DNA from: Burkholderiales bacterium
Lineage (GTDB): Bacteria > Pseudomonadota > Gammaproteobacteria > Burkholderiales > SG8-39
Direction: 5' to 3'
NCBI GenBank assembly: GCA_038904015.1
Contig: JBCKKZ010000003.1
Location: forward strand, 2,068 to 66,067
DNA length: 64,000 nt
Shown here: one piece after another, positions 17,942 to 26,629 of the stretch
Layout: each line of letters starts with the position of its first letter
Position numbering within the stretch: the first letter of the stretch is position 1
Position numbers and translations under genes: made by a program
Notes under the pieces: model-generated
Databases searched by the model: none
Told to the model about the DNA's origin: nothing
What the model saw: only the letters and a program-made list of their open reading frames with translations

Positions 17942-18642
17942 CAGTAGGCCGGCGTGGGCGGAAAGGTGCGGGCAATGACCCAGTTTTCGACGCGCGCCGC
18001 GCCGGCGCGCTTGAGCGTGCCGGCGATCTCATCGAGCGTCGCGCCGGTGGTCATGACGTCGTCCAGCACTGCGACCCTTGCGCCCGCGACCAGGCGCGGG
18101 CAATGGAAGGCGCCGCGCACGTTCTTCGCGCGCTCGGCGAGCGGCAGGTCCATCTGTGCCGGCGTGTCGCGCTGGCGCTCGCACAGGTCGGTCGCCAGCC
18201 GCGTTCCGATGGCACGCGCCACATGCCGCGCGATCTCGAGCGCCTGGTTGTAGCCGCGGCTGCGCAGGCGCGCGGCAGAAAGCGGTACCGGGATTACACA
18301 GTCCACGTTGCTGCCTGAAATGCATGCTGCAAGCAGCTCCGCGAGGAGGGGCGCCAGTGCCAGTTCGCCGCGGAACTTGAGCGAGTGCACCAGCACGTCG
18401 GCCGGGAAACCATAGGCGAGCGCGGCGATGGTTGCGTCGTACTGCGGGGCCTGCGTCAGGCAGCGGCCGCATAGCGCGCCATTGGGCGAGGCGAGCGCGC
18501 AGCGCGGGCACAACTCCCCTGTCAGGCGCGGCAGGTCCGCATCGCATTGGGCGCACAGGATGCCTGCCGCTTTTCCCCGGCACAGAAAACAGCTGCCGCC
18601 AAACAGCAGATTGCCGATGTGTCGCCCGAGGTTCGCCAGCAT
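17941..18642 (-). CDS. comF: ComF-family phosphoribosyltransferase-domain protein
   Basis: N-terminal Cys pairs (CFLC...CAQC...CPRC...CGRC) and C-terminal PRTase motif VAVLDDVMTTGATL. Confidence 0.8.
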   Translation of the reverse strand: MLANLGRHIGNLLFGGSCFLCRGKAAGILCAQCDADLPRLTGELCPRCALASPNGALCGRCLTQAPQYDATIAALAYGFPADVLVHSLKFRGELALAPLLAELLAACISGSNVDCVIPVPLSAARLRSRGYNQALEIARHVARAIGTRLATDLCERQRDTPAQMDLPLAERAKNVRGAFHCPRLVAGARVAVLDDVMTTGATLDEIAGTLKRAGAARVENWVIARTFPPTPAY

Positions 18643-18667
18643 GAAGAATATTGTGCGCTAGACTGGC

Positions 18668-18772
18668 CGCCCGTGGAAAACGAGCCAGGACGCCCGCGCC
18701 CGCCCGCGGGAATTGAACCGGAGCGGGCAAGCCCGCCCGTGGAAATTGAGCCGGGGCGGCCGCGCCCGCCCG
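18668..18772. repeat. 33-bp tandem repeat, about 3.1 copies
   Basis: cgcccg anchors at 18668, 18701, 18734 and 18767. Copies 1 and 3 differ at 5 of 27 non-anchor positions; copy 2 is more diverged. Lies between the comF start and the conserved part of bioC. Confidence 0.8.
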
Positions 18773-19611
18773 GCTTTGCGATAGACGCGCGCGCCGCGCG
18801 GCGCCGGTTCGAGCGCTCGGCAAACAGCTATGCGCAGGCCTCCAGGCTGGAAGCCGAAATCGGCGAGCGCATGCTGGAGCGCCTCGACTATGTGAGGCTC
18901 GCGCCGCGCCGCGTGCTCGATGCCGGCAGCGGCCCGGCGCGCGATGCGCGCGCGCTGGCCAAGCGCTACCGGAAGGCAGACGTGCTGGCCCTCGATTTCT
19001 CGCAGGCGATGCTGCATGCAGGCCGGCCGCGCTTGCGTTTTTTCGAACGGCGGCGGCCGAAACTGGTGTGCGCCGATCTTGCCCGGTTGCCCCTGGCGAG
19101 AGCGACGATCGGTCTGCTGTGGTCGAACATGGCTCTCCATTGGGCGGCGGACCCGCTCGCCGCCTTGCACGAATTCCATCGCGTGCTCGCGCCCGAGGGG
19201 CTGCTGATGTTCAGCACGCTGGGCCCCGATACGCTCACCGAACTGCGTACGGCGGCGGGCGGGGCGCGGGTGCATTCGTTCGCCGACATGCACGACCTGG
19301 GCGACATGCTGGTCGCAGCCGGCTTCGCCGAGCCGGTGATGGATATGGAGCGCGTCACCATGGTGTATGCGGATGGCGAGACGCTGATCAATGATTTGCG
19401 CGCGAGCGGCCAGACCTGCGCGCTCACCGGCCGCGCGCGCGGCCTCGCTGGGCGGCGGTTCCGGGCTGCTCTGATGGAGAAACTCGCGGCGCAGCGGCGC
19501 TCGGGCAAGCTTTGCGTCAGCTACGAAGTGGTATACGGCCATGCCTGGAAGGCGGCGCCCCGTCAGCTCGAGGACGGGCGTGCCATCGTGCGGTTCGAGC
19601 GGCGCCGCTGA
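18739..19611 (+). CDS. bioC: malonyl-ACP O-methyltransferase BioC (start uncertain: GTG 18673 or 18739)
   Basis: ...ARAARRRFERSANSYAQASRLEAEIGERMLERL...RVLDAGSGPARDARAL (SAM motif I)...LLWSNMALHWAADP. Confidence 0.8.
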   Translation: MEIEPGRPRPPGFAIDARAARRRFERSANSYAQASRLEAEIGERMLERLDYVRLAPRRVLDAGSGPARDARALAKRYRKADVLALDFSQAMLHAGRPRLRFFERRRPKLVCADLARLPLARATIGLLWSNMALHWAADPLAALHEFHRVLAPEGLLMFSTLGPDTLTELRTAAGGARVHSFADMHDLGDMLVAAGFAEPVMDMERVTMVYADGETLINDLRASGQTCALTGRARGLAGRRFRAALMEKLAAQRRSGKLCVSYEVVYGHAWKAAPRQLEDGRAIVRFERRR

Positions 19612-19672
19612 ACATCACGAGCGCTTAAACCGGAATCCGCGCCATGACGTACTGATTGCGGAGGATGTTGCG

Positions 19673-19891
19673 ATGAGGCGCCGCCTGTATTTCCTGCTCC
19701 CTGATGTCGCCAGCGCGAGCGACGATGGTCTTGCACGTACGTGGGAACGGCCGGATCGCGGTGTCGACATCCACCGGGGTTATGCGTTCCAGTGGTATTC
19801 TCTCGCCGCACTGATTCTGGTCCTACTATGTCGTCCTCAACTTCCGCCGCACCGAACCCGCGCCGCCGCGCCAGGATTGAGCTGGTGTTGA
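19673..19891 (+). pseudogene. chimeric small ORF carrying a SURF1 C-terminal tail
   Basis: ggagga SD plus ATG. MRRRLYFLLPDVASASDDGLAR (unrelated) is fused to TWERPDRGVDIHRGYAFQWYSLAALILVLL, the conserved SURF1 C-terminus. The first ~200 SURF1 residues are absent. Confidence 0.5.
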
Positions 19892-20421
19892 TCGCGGCGC
19901 TGTTCGCGTTGCCGCTGATCGCGTCCTACCTTGCGTTCTTTGTGTGGCGGCCGGAGGGGCGCCTGAATTACGGTGATCTGCTCGAAGTGCGGCCGCTGGC
20001 CGAGATGCCGCTTCGATACCTCGATGGCCGGACGTTCCGATTCGCGGAACTTCGCGGCAAATGGGTCATGGTCAGCATCGACGCCGGCGCCTGCGCGCGG
20101 TCCTGCGAAGCCAAGCTTTTCATGTTGCGGCAACAACGTCTCATGCAGGGCCGCGAGATGGACCGCGTGGAGCGCGTATTCCTCGTCGAGGACGACGCAC
20201 CGCTGTCGACAACGCTGCTGCGTGATTTCGACGGCACCCGTGTTCTGCGCGCGAGTGGCAGCCCGCTGCTGAATGCGTTTCCGCCGAAAAGCGCGCGCCG
20301 CGATCATATCTACCTGATCGATCCACGCGGCAATCTGATGATGCGGTTTCCAGGGGCGCCGGATCCTCAGCGCATGAAAAAGGATATCGACCACCTGTTC
20401 AAGGCGCAGGGGGCGGCGTGA
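19828..20421 (+). CDS. membrane-anchored thioredoxin-fold (SCO-like) oxidase-cluster protein
   Basis: TM IELVLIAALFALPLIASYLAFFVW, then ...LRGKWVMVSIDAGACARSCEAKLFMLRQ...IYLIDPRGNLMMRF. This protein type follows SURF1 in betaproteobacterial aa3 clusters. Confidence 0.6.
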   Translation: MSSSTSAAPNPRRRARIELVLIAALFALPLIASYLAFFVWRPEGRLNYGDLLEVRPLAEMPLRYLDGRTFRFAELRGKWVMVSIDAGACARSCEAKLFMLRQQRLMQGREMDRVERVFLVEDDAPLSTTLLRDFDGTRVLRASGSPLLNAFPPKSARRDHIYLIDPRGNLMMRFPGAPDPQRMKKDIDHLFKAQGAA

Positions 20422-21140
20422 TCAACGCGCAGATCCCGGCAACGCGCATCACCGCCGAATTCTACGACCTGCATCTGCTGATGATGGTCGGCGTCCTGGT
20501 GATTTTCTGCGTCGTATACGGGGTGATGTTCTACTCCGTCTACACCCATCGCAAGGCGGCCGGGCCACACGTACACACGGCCGGGCGGTTCCACCAGAAC
20601 GCGGCCGTCGAGATTATCTGGACCGTCATCCCCTTCATCATCCTGCTCGGCGCGGCGTGGCCGGCAACCAGGAACCTGGTGGGGCTCAGGGACAGCTCCG
20701 ACGCCGATATCACCATCAAGGCCACCGGCATGCAATGGAAATGGGGCTACGAATACGTCGAGGGTGACGGTGAAGGCATTACTTTTTTCTCCAACCTGTT
20801 CGCAAACAGCGATAACTATCGGCTCGAGGTCGACAATCCTGTGGTTGTGCCGGCCAACAAGAAAATCCGCGTGGTCCTTGCCGCAAACGATGCAATCCAC
20901 TCATGGCACATTCCGGACCTGGGGGTCAAACAGGATGCGATCCCGGGTCTCGCCCGCGACACCTGGTTCAATGCACAAAAAATCGGCACCTATCGTGGCC
21001 TGTGCAGCATCGAAGCCTGCGGTGCGGGACGCGCTTGCGTGCTGATCGTCGTCAATGTGGTGAGCGACGGCGATTACAAAAAATGGGTTGACGGCAAAAA
21101 AAGGGGCATGGCCGCCAACGCCAAGTACGCGGCAAACTGA
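20418..21140 (+). CDS. cytochrome c oxidase subunit II (CtaC)-like paralogue with degenerate CuA site
   Basis: Two TMs and a cupredoxin domain (ADITIKATGMQWKWGYEY...NDAIHSWHIPDLGVKQDAIPG...). The CuA loop reads GLCSIEACGAGRACVLIVV instead of GQC-x-E-x-CG-x-x-H-x-x-MPIVV. No signal peptide and no cytochrome c tail. Confidence 0.6.
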   Translation: MINAQIPATRITAEFYDLHLLMMVGVLVIFCVVYGVMFYSVYTHRKAAGPHVHTAGRFHQNAAVEIIWTVIPFIILLGAAWPATRNLVGLRDSSDADITIKATGMQWKWGYEYVEGDGEGITFFSNLFANSDNYRLEVDNPVVVPANKKIRVVLAANDAIHSWHIPDLGVKQDAIPGLARDTWFNAQKIGTYRGLCSIEACGAGRACVLIVVNVVSDGDYKKWVDGKKRGMAANAKYAAN

Positions 21141-21152
21141 ATCAGCTTGCGA

Positions 21153-21515
21153 TCAAGCCTTCTTCACCCAGGCCGAGCACCAGCCCTTCCCGGCCACCAG
21201 TTTGCCTGGCAGGATTGGACACGGCGCCCATGCGTCAGTGGGTTTGCCCTGAAACAGCTGGCAGTTGGCACAGGTCTGGCCGGCCGCGTATTGCTTGAAC
21301 TTGGCCTTGTCGGCCTTGCTGGCATCGTGTTTGTAACCCAGGGCCTGCGCCGTCGGGTCTTTTTCATCGAGCTGCGGCAGTGCGCCTTTCTTATCCTGCG
21401 CTTTGGTCTGCGCCAGGGATGTTCCGGCGCGCGACGCTATCGCCAATGCAGCCACAGCAAGCGAGCCGATTTTCAGGAAACCACGACGTCTAATATTGAT
21501 TCGGTTTTGCTTCAT
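21153..21515 (-). CDS. high-potential iron-sulfur protein (HiPIP), Tat-exported
   Basis: Twin-arginine signal NIRRRGFLKIGSLAV. Cluster ligands ...CANCQLF...APCPILPGKLVAGKGWCSAWV. Confidence 0.85.
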   Translation of the reverse strand: MKQNRINIRRRGFLKIGSLAVAALAIASRAGTSLAQTKAQDKKGALPQLDEKDPTAQALGYKHDASKADKAKFKQYAAGQTCANCQLFQGKPTDAWAPCPILPGKLVAGKGWCSAWVKKA

Positions 21516-21540
21516 GGAAGGTGCCTCCGGATATTACGGC

Positions 21541-21927
21541 CTAGTGGTGTTTCACGACCTCGGGTGACGGCGAGAAGTATGCGCCCCGCGTGAGGAAGGT
21601 GTAGTTCCCTTCGAGCGACATGAGGCTGATCAAAATCAGCAAAGCGCCGGTCGGTACCAGAATGGCATACACCAGGGCCAGACGCTCCCATGCCATGTGC
21701 ATGAAGATGGCGACGATCAGCCCGGCCTTCAGCAGCATGAACAGGAGGATCAGCGACCACCTGAGATAACCCTGGAAATGAAAGTAGTCGACCATATAAG
21801 AGAACGCACTGAGGACAAACAGCAGCCCCCAGATCCACAAATAAACACTGATCGGATGTTGCTGTCCTTCTGCGTGCGCGATGTTGTCCCCTGCCATCGG
21901 ATGTTCTTGTCCTTTCGCGTGCGCCAT
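21541..21927 (-). CDS. cytochrome c oxidase subunit IV-like small membrane protein
   Basis: His-rich N-terminus MAHAKGQEHPMAGDNIAHAEGQQHP, then three TMs (ISVYLWIWGLLFVLSAF..., LILLFMLLKAGLIVAIFMHM, ALVYAILVPTGALLILISL). SD gggga. ORF-track 229-aa version rejected. Confidence 0.6.
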   Translation of the reverse strand: MAHAKGQEHPMAGDNIAHAEGQQHPISVYLWIWGLLFVLSAFSYMVDYFHFQGYLRWSLILLFMLLKAGLIVAIFMHMAWERLALVYAILVPTGALLILISLMSLEGNYTFLTRGAYFSPSPEVVKHH

Positions 21928-21935
21928 GTCGTCCC

Positions 21936-22655
21936 CTACCAGAGATAAAAGAATGCAAAGATGAACACCCACACCAGATCGACGAAGTGCCAATACAGGC
22001 CCATGATTTCTACCATCTCGTAGTTGCCCTTGCGGCCGGTCAGAAAGCCCGGCCTTTCGTGATCGAGATCTCCCCGCCAGACCTTGGCGGCCGTGATAAT
22101 CAGGAAAATCACGCCGACCGAGACGTGAAAGCCGTGGAAACCCGTGATCATGAAAAAGCTCGAGCCAAACTGCGCCGCGCCCATGGGGTTGCCCCAGGGA
22201 CGCACCCCTTCCATGATCAGCTTGGTCCACTCAAAGGCCTGCATGCCGACGAAGCTGGCGCCGAATAACGCGGTCACCGCCAACAAGATGGCGCACATTT
22301 TTTTATTTTTTTCATAACCGAATTTGACCGCCATGGCCATCGTCCCGCTGCTGCTGATCAGGATGAAGGTCATGATGGCGATCAGCAGCAGCGGGACCTG
22401 CTGTCCCGCGACCGTCAACGAGAAGACCTCGCTGACGTTGGGCCAGGGCACCGTGGTGGACATTCGCACCGTCATGTAACTGATCAAAAAAATGCTGAAA
22501 ATGAAGGTGTCGCTGAGGAGGAAGATCCACATCATGGCCTTGCCCCAGGGGACCTTCTTGAACGCCCGCTGGTCCGAGGACCAGTCGGCGACAATGCCCT
22601 GCAAGCCTTCAGCCGGGGCGAGACCTGCCGGGTTCGTCATTGCATCTTGTGCCAT
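21936..22655 (-). CDS. cytochrome c oxidase subunit III
   Basis: ...SSFFMITGFHGFHVSVGVIFL...MVEIMGLYWHFVDLVWVFIFAFFYLW*. Confidence 0.85.
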   Translation of the reverse strand: MAQDAMTNPAGLAPAEGLQGIVADWSSDQRAFKKVPWGKAMMWIFLLSDTFIFSIFLISYMTVRMSTTVPWPNVSEVFSLTVAGQQVPLLLIAIMTFILISSSGTMAMAVKFGYEKNKKMCAILLAVTALFGASFVGMQAFEWTKLIMEGVRPWGNPMGAAQFGSSFFMITGFHGFHVSVGVIFLIITAAKVWRGDLDHERPGFLTGRKGNYEMVEIMGLYWHFVDLVWVFIFAFFYLW

Positions 22656-22669
22656 GTGCAGGGAGCCGA

Positions 22670-23347
22670 TTATGTAAACAGGAGGAGACCGAACAAGACC
22701 AGCCAGACCACCAGCAGAAAGTGCCAGTAAACCGTGCACAGCTCCACGCTCAAACGCACTTCATGCACCGCGGCGCCGCGTTGCAGCTTGACGGCGGTCC
22801 TGGCCCAGACCCACAGGCCACCCAGCAAGTGCAAGCCGTGCAGCGCCGTGAGCAAGTAGAAGAAAGCGTTGGCCGGGTTGGTCGTCAAAAAATGACCAGC
22901 GGTATTCAGTTGCTGCCATGCCAAAAGCTGTCCGGCCAGAAAGACCAGGGTGCAAACGCCGCCGGCAAGCAGGCCGAGCCTCACGCCGCCTACCTGCCCG
23001 GATTTCGCGGCGTTGCGTGCCCATTGAAAGAACACACTGCCCAAGATCAGCACCGCAGTGTTGAACCACAGCACCATCGGCTGGGCCAGGGGACGCCAGT
23101 CCGCCCCCTCCCTGCGCATCAAGTAAGCGCTGATGGAGAGCGCAAATAAAGACGTGGCGACCGCCAGAAATACGCCGAGGCCGACCTTTATCGGGGGCAG
23201 GGACAAGCCCTCTCCGCCACGATCGTTGGCCAGCGGCCTCTGCTCGACCCAGGGCTTGACATCGAGCGTTTGTCGAACCAGCCACCAGACCACGACGGCC
23301 ATGATGACCGTGATGACCGCCAGAAACATCAACGCGGTCGTCGTCAT
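22670..23347 (-). CDS. second heme-copper oxidase subunit III-family protein
   Basis: ...NAFFYLLTALHGLHLLGGLWVW...ELCTVYWHFLLVVWLVLFGLLLFT*. Confidence 0.7.
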   Translation of the reverse strand: MTTTALMFLAVITVIMAVVVWWLVRQTLDVKPWVEQRPLANDRGGEGLSLPPIKVGLGVFLAVATSLFALSISAYLMRREGADWRPLAQPMVLWFNTAVLILGSVFFQWARNAAKSGQVGGVRLGLLAGGVCTLVFLAGQLLAWQQLNTAGHFLTTNPANAFFYLLTALHGLHLLGGLWVWARTAVKLQRGAAVHEVRLSVELCTVYWHFLLVVWLVLFGLLLFT

Positions 23348-23349
23348 GA

Positions 23350-25134
23350 CTAAGTTGGCTCGAGACCTGCGGTCGTCTTACCAGGCGGCTGGTTTTGCGG
23401 TATGAAATCTTTCTCGGCCCCTGGCACGCTGTAGTCGTAGGCCCAGCGATAGACCACCGGTAATTCCTTGCCGAAGTTGCCGTGCTGCGGCGGCGTATCC
23501 GCGGTCTGCCATTCCAGCGTAGTGGCCTCCCAGGGATTGTCGCCCGATGGCTTGCCTTTGAAATAGCTCCAGACCAGGTTGTACAAGAAAACCATTTGAA
23601 CGACGCCCACGATCAGAGCCGCGATGGTGATAGCGGCGTTCAAGGTTTGCACCGACTCCGGGACGAAGTAAGTGTTGCCCATCGCATAATACCGGCGCGG
23701 CACCCCCAGAAAACCGATGTAATGCATCGGCAGGTAGATCGCATAGGAGCCGAGAAAGGTGACCCAGAAGTGAAATTTTCCCAGGCTGTCGTTCAGCATG
23801 CGCCCGGTCATCTTCGGGTACCAATGGTAGATCGCCCCCATGACCACCATAATCGGCGCGATCGCCATCACCATATGAAAGTGGGCGACGACGAACATGG
23901 TGTCCGAAAGCGGCACGCTTACGGAAACGTTACCCAGGAAGATGCCGGTCAAGCCGCCGTGGATGAAGGTAAAGATGAAGCCGATGGCAAACAGCATCGG
24001 CACGTTCAAGCGGATGTTGCCCCGCCACAAGGTCAGCACCCAGTTGTACACCTTGAGGGCGGTGGGAACGGCAATGATCAGCGTGGTGGTGGCGAAAAAG
24101 AAGCCGAAGTACGGGTTCATGCCGCTGACGTACATGTGGTGCGCCCACACCACGAAGCTCAAGCCGCCGATGGCCACAATCGCCCACACCATCATCCGAT
24201 AACCGAAGATGTGTCTCCTCGCGTTGACGCTGATCAGGTCCGAGACGATGCCGAAGGCCGGCAGCGCGACAATGTAGACCTCGGGGTGGCCGAAAAACCA
24301 GAACAGGTGTTGAAACAACACCGGGCTGCCGCCGCCGTAATCAAGCTGTTTGCCCATCGACACGATGCCTGGCATGAAGAAACTCGTGCCCAGCGTAAGG
24401 TCGAACATCATCATGATGGCGCTGACGAACAGGGCGGGAAAGGCCAACATAGCCAGGATGCTGGCGATGAAAATGCCCCATACGGTCAAGGGCATGCGCA
24501 TCAGCGTCATTCCCCGCGTGCGGGCTTGCAATACCGTCACAATATAGTTCAACCCGCCCATGGTGAATCCAACGATGAAGACAGCCAGCGAGACGAGCAT
24601 CAAAATAATGCCCCAGGTCGCCCCCGGCGTACCCGGCAGGATGGCCTGGGGCGGGTACAGAGTCCAACCGGAGCCCGTGGGCCCGCCGGGCACAAAGAAG
24701 CTCGCCAGCAACAACAGCACGGCAAACAGATAGATGTGGTAACTCAGCATGTTTACATAGGGGAAAACCATATCCCTGGCGCCGACCATCAGCGGGATGA
24801 GGTAGTTGCCGAACCCCCCCAGGAACAACGCGGTGAGCAGATAGATCACCATGATCATGCCGTGCATGGTGACAAATTGAAGGTAGTTGCTTGGGTCGAT
24901 AAAGGAGAAGCTGTTGGGGAACCCCAGTTGCAGCCGCATCAACCACGACAACACCAACGCCACCAACCCTATCCCGATGGCGGTGATCGAGTACTGGATG
25001 GCGATGATTTTGGCGTCCTGGCTCCAGATATATTTTCCGATGAACGTTTTCGGATGGTAAAGCTCTACCTCCGCCACTTCGGCAGGCGGGGCGTAAGCCG
25101 ATGCGTCATGCCCAAGGTGAACGGAAGCCATCAA
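23350..25134 (-). CDS. ctaD: cytochrome c oxidase subunit I
   Basis: ...LFWFFGHPEVYIVALPAFGIVS...WAHHMYVSG...VVAHFHMVMAI... with aaggag SD. Confidence 0.95.
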   Translation of the reverse strand: MMASVHLGHDASAYAPPAEVAEVELYHPKTFIGKYIWSQDAKIIAIQYSITAIGIGLVALVLSWLMRLQLGFPNSFSFIDPSNYLQFVTMHGMIMVIYLLTALFLGGFGNYLIPLMVGARDMVFPYVNMLSYHIYLFAVLLLLASFFVPGGPTGSGWTLYPPQAILPGTPGATWGIILMLVSLAVFIVGFTMGGLNYIVTVLQARTRGMTLMRMPLTVWGIFIASILAMLAFPALFVSAIMMMFDLTLGTSFFMPGIVSMGKQLDYGGGSPVLFQHLFWFFGHPEVYIVALPAFGIVSDLISVNARRHIFGYRMMVWAIVAIGGLSFVVWAHHMYVSGMNPYFGFFFATTTLIIAVPTALKVYNWVLTLWRGNIRLNVPMLFAIGFIFTFIHGGLTGIFLGNVSVSVPLSDTMFVVAHFHMVMAIAPIMVVMGAIYHWYPKMTGRMLNDSLGKFHFWVTFLGSYAIYLPMHYIGFLGVPRRYYAMGNTYFVPESVQTLNAAITIAALIVGVVQMVFLYNLVWSYFKGKPSGDNPWEATTLEWQTADTPPQHGNFGKELPVVYRWAYDYSVPGAEKDFIPQNQPPGKTTAGLEPT

Positions 25135-25212
25135 AATCTCCTTTTTGCCAAATCTTCGATTGCGCTATTTTACTCTGCGGCCGGTGACTGATATGGCGCG
25201 GCCGTGGCCCGC

Positions 25213-26571
25213 TCAGCGCAGGGTATTGATGTAGGCAACGAGGTCATGGGTGACCTGGTCATCGGCCAGAGTCGCGGCCATCAATGCCATCTGGTCGCCG
25301 TATTTGTCATCCGGATGGGCGCCGCGAATGCGCTGTTTGAAATTTTTCAGTTGAGAGACCAGATACCAGTCGCTCATGCCCGCGAGCCGGGGGGCGTTCA
25401 TCGCCTGTATGCCCTGGCCATTGGTGCCGTGGCAGATGCCGCAGGTCGTCACGTAACGGTTTCGACCATCGCTCGTGCTCTTTTTCAGCGTGGCCGGGGC
25501 AGGATTGTCCGGCAGCGTCTTGATATAGGCGACGACGTTACCGATGGCGGCGTCATCGACCAGCGTCGCCGCCATCGGCGCCATCATTTTGCCAAAAACA
25601 TCCTTGTCGTGCGTACCCCGAATACCCTGCTTGTAATACTTCAATTGCTGTTTCAGGTACCAGTCGTCCTGCCCGCTCAGTTTGGGCGCATGCAGCGCGG
25701 CATTGCCTTCCCCCTGCAAGCCATGACAGGCACCGCACACGGCATAGAGTGGTTTGCCTGCGGCGGCATCGCCGGCAACCTGGATTGAGGTCTGCGCGAA
25801 CGTCGGATGACCGCTCAGCCACGCCTGAAACGCTGCCTCTTCTTCCACGACGACTTTGCCGCGCATGGCGAAATGCGCAATGCCACATAATTCATTGCAG
25901 AGAATGTCGAATTTCCCGCTACGGGTAGGGGTGAACCAGAGGTAGGGGACCATGCCCGGCACCATATCCATCTTGACCCGGAACTGCGGCACGGTGAAGT
26001 TGTGCAGCACGTCCTTGGAGCGCAGCAGCACCTTGACCGGCTTGCCGATGGGGAGGTGTACTTCCTGGCTCGAAATCAAGACGTCATCCTTGCCGTTGGG
26101 ATCGTCCGGATTCATGCCAAACGGGTTCGCATCGCTCACGAAGCGCGAATTGACGGTGCCCATCACGCCGTCCTTGCCCGGGAAACGATAGCTCCAGTGC
26201 CACTGCTGGGCGGCGACCTCGAAGACCGCCGCGTTTTCCGGAACCCGGATGAAATTGGCCCAGACCACCAGGCCGGGGGCCAGCATGGCGACGATGCCCA
26301 GCGTGGTCAAGCCGATGAGCCACCACTCCAGCTTCTTGTCCTCGGGTTCGTAATGCGCCTTCGCCCCCTTTCGGTGCCGGTAGCGGAGCACGCAATAGGC
26401 CATGAAAAAATTGACGGCGACAAAGACAAAGCCGGTGACCCAGAACGTCAGGTTGATCGTGTCATCGATCGAGCTCCAATTGGAGGCGATCGGCGTAAAC
26501 CACCACGGGCTCAGAAAATGAAACAGCACCGTACCCACAATCAGCAGGACCAATACTATTGCCATCGCCAT
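25213..26571 (-). CDS. coxB: cytochrome c oxidase subunit II fused to two c-type cytochrome domains
   Basis: Intact CuA loop HNFTVPQFRVKMDMVPG...LCNELCGIAHFAM. Two heme-c motifs CGACHG and CGICHG in the C-terminal half. Confidence 0.9.
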   Translation of the reverse strand: MAMAIVLVLLIVGTVLFHFLSPWWFTPIASNWSSIDDTINLTFWVTGFVFVAVNFFMAYCVLRYRHRKGAKAHYEPEDKKLEWWLIGLTTLGIVAMLAPGLVVWANFIRVPENAAVFEVAAQQWHWSYRFPGKDGVMGTVNSRFVSDANPFGMNPDDPNGKDDVLISSQEVHLPIGKPVKVLLRSKDVLHNFTVPQFRVKMDMVPGMVPYLWFTPTRSGKFDILCNELCGIAHFAMRGKVVVEEEAAFQAWLSGHPTFAQTSIQVAGDAAAGKPLYAVCGACHGLQGEGNAALHAPKLSGQDDWYLKQQLKYYKQGIRGTHDKDVFGKMMAPMAATLVDDAAIGNVVAYIKTLPDNPAPATLKKSTSDGRNRYVTTCGICHGTNGQGIQAMNAPRLAGMSDWYLVSQLKNFKQRIRGAHPDDKYGDQMALMAATLADDQVTHDLVAYINTLR

Positions 26572-26629
26572 GCCCGATTTACCCCTTTGCCTTATGGTTA
26601 CAGAGCCAATTTAAACCAACTTTGGGGGG

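Noticed and set aside
18668-18772. Possible CRISPR-like array
   Set aside because: Repeats are contiguous (33-bp period, no spacers), only about 3 copies, with no cas genes. Classified as a tandem repeat.
23482-25191. 569-aa ORF on the plus strand
   Set aside because: Antisense to oxidase subunit I. His/Asp/Gln/Arg-rich, mirroring the hydrophobic codons opposite.
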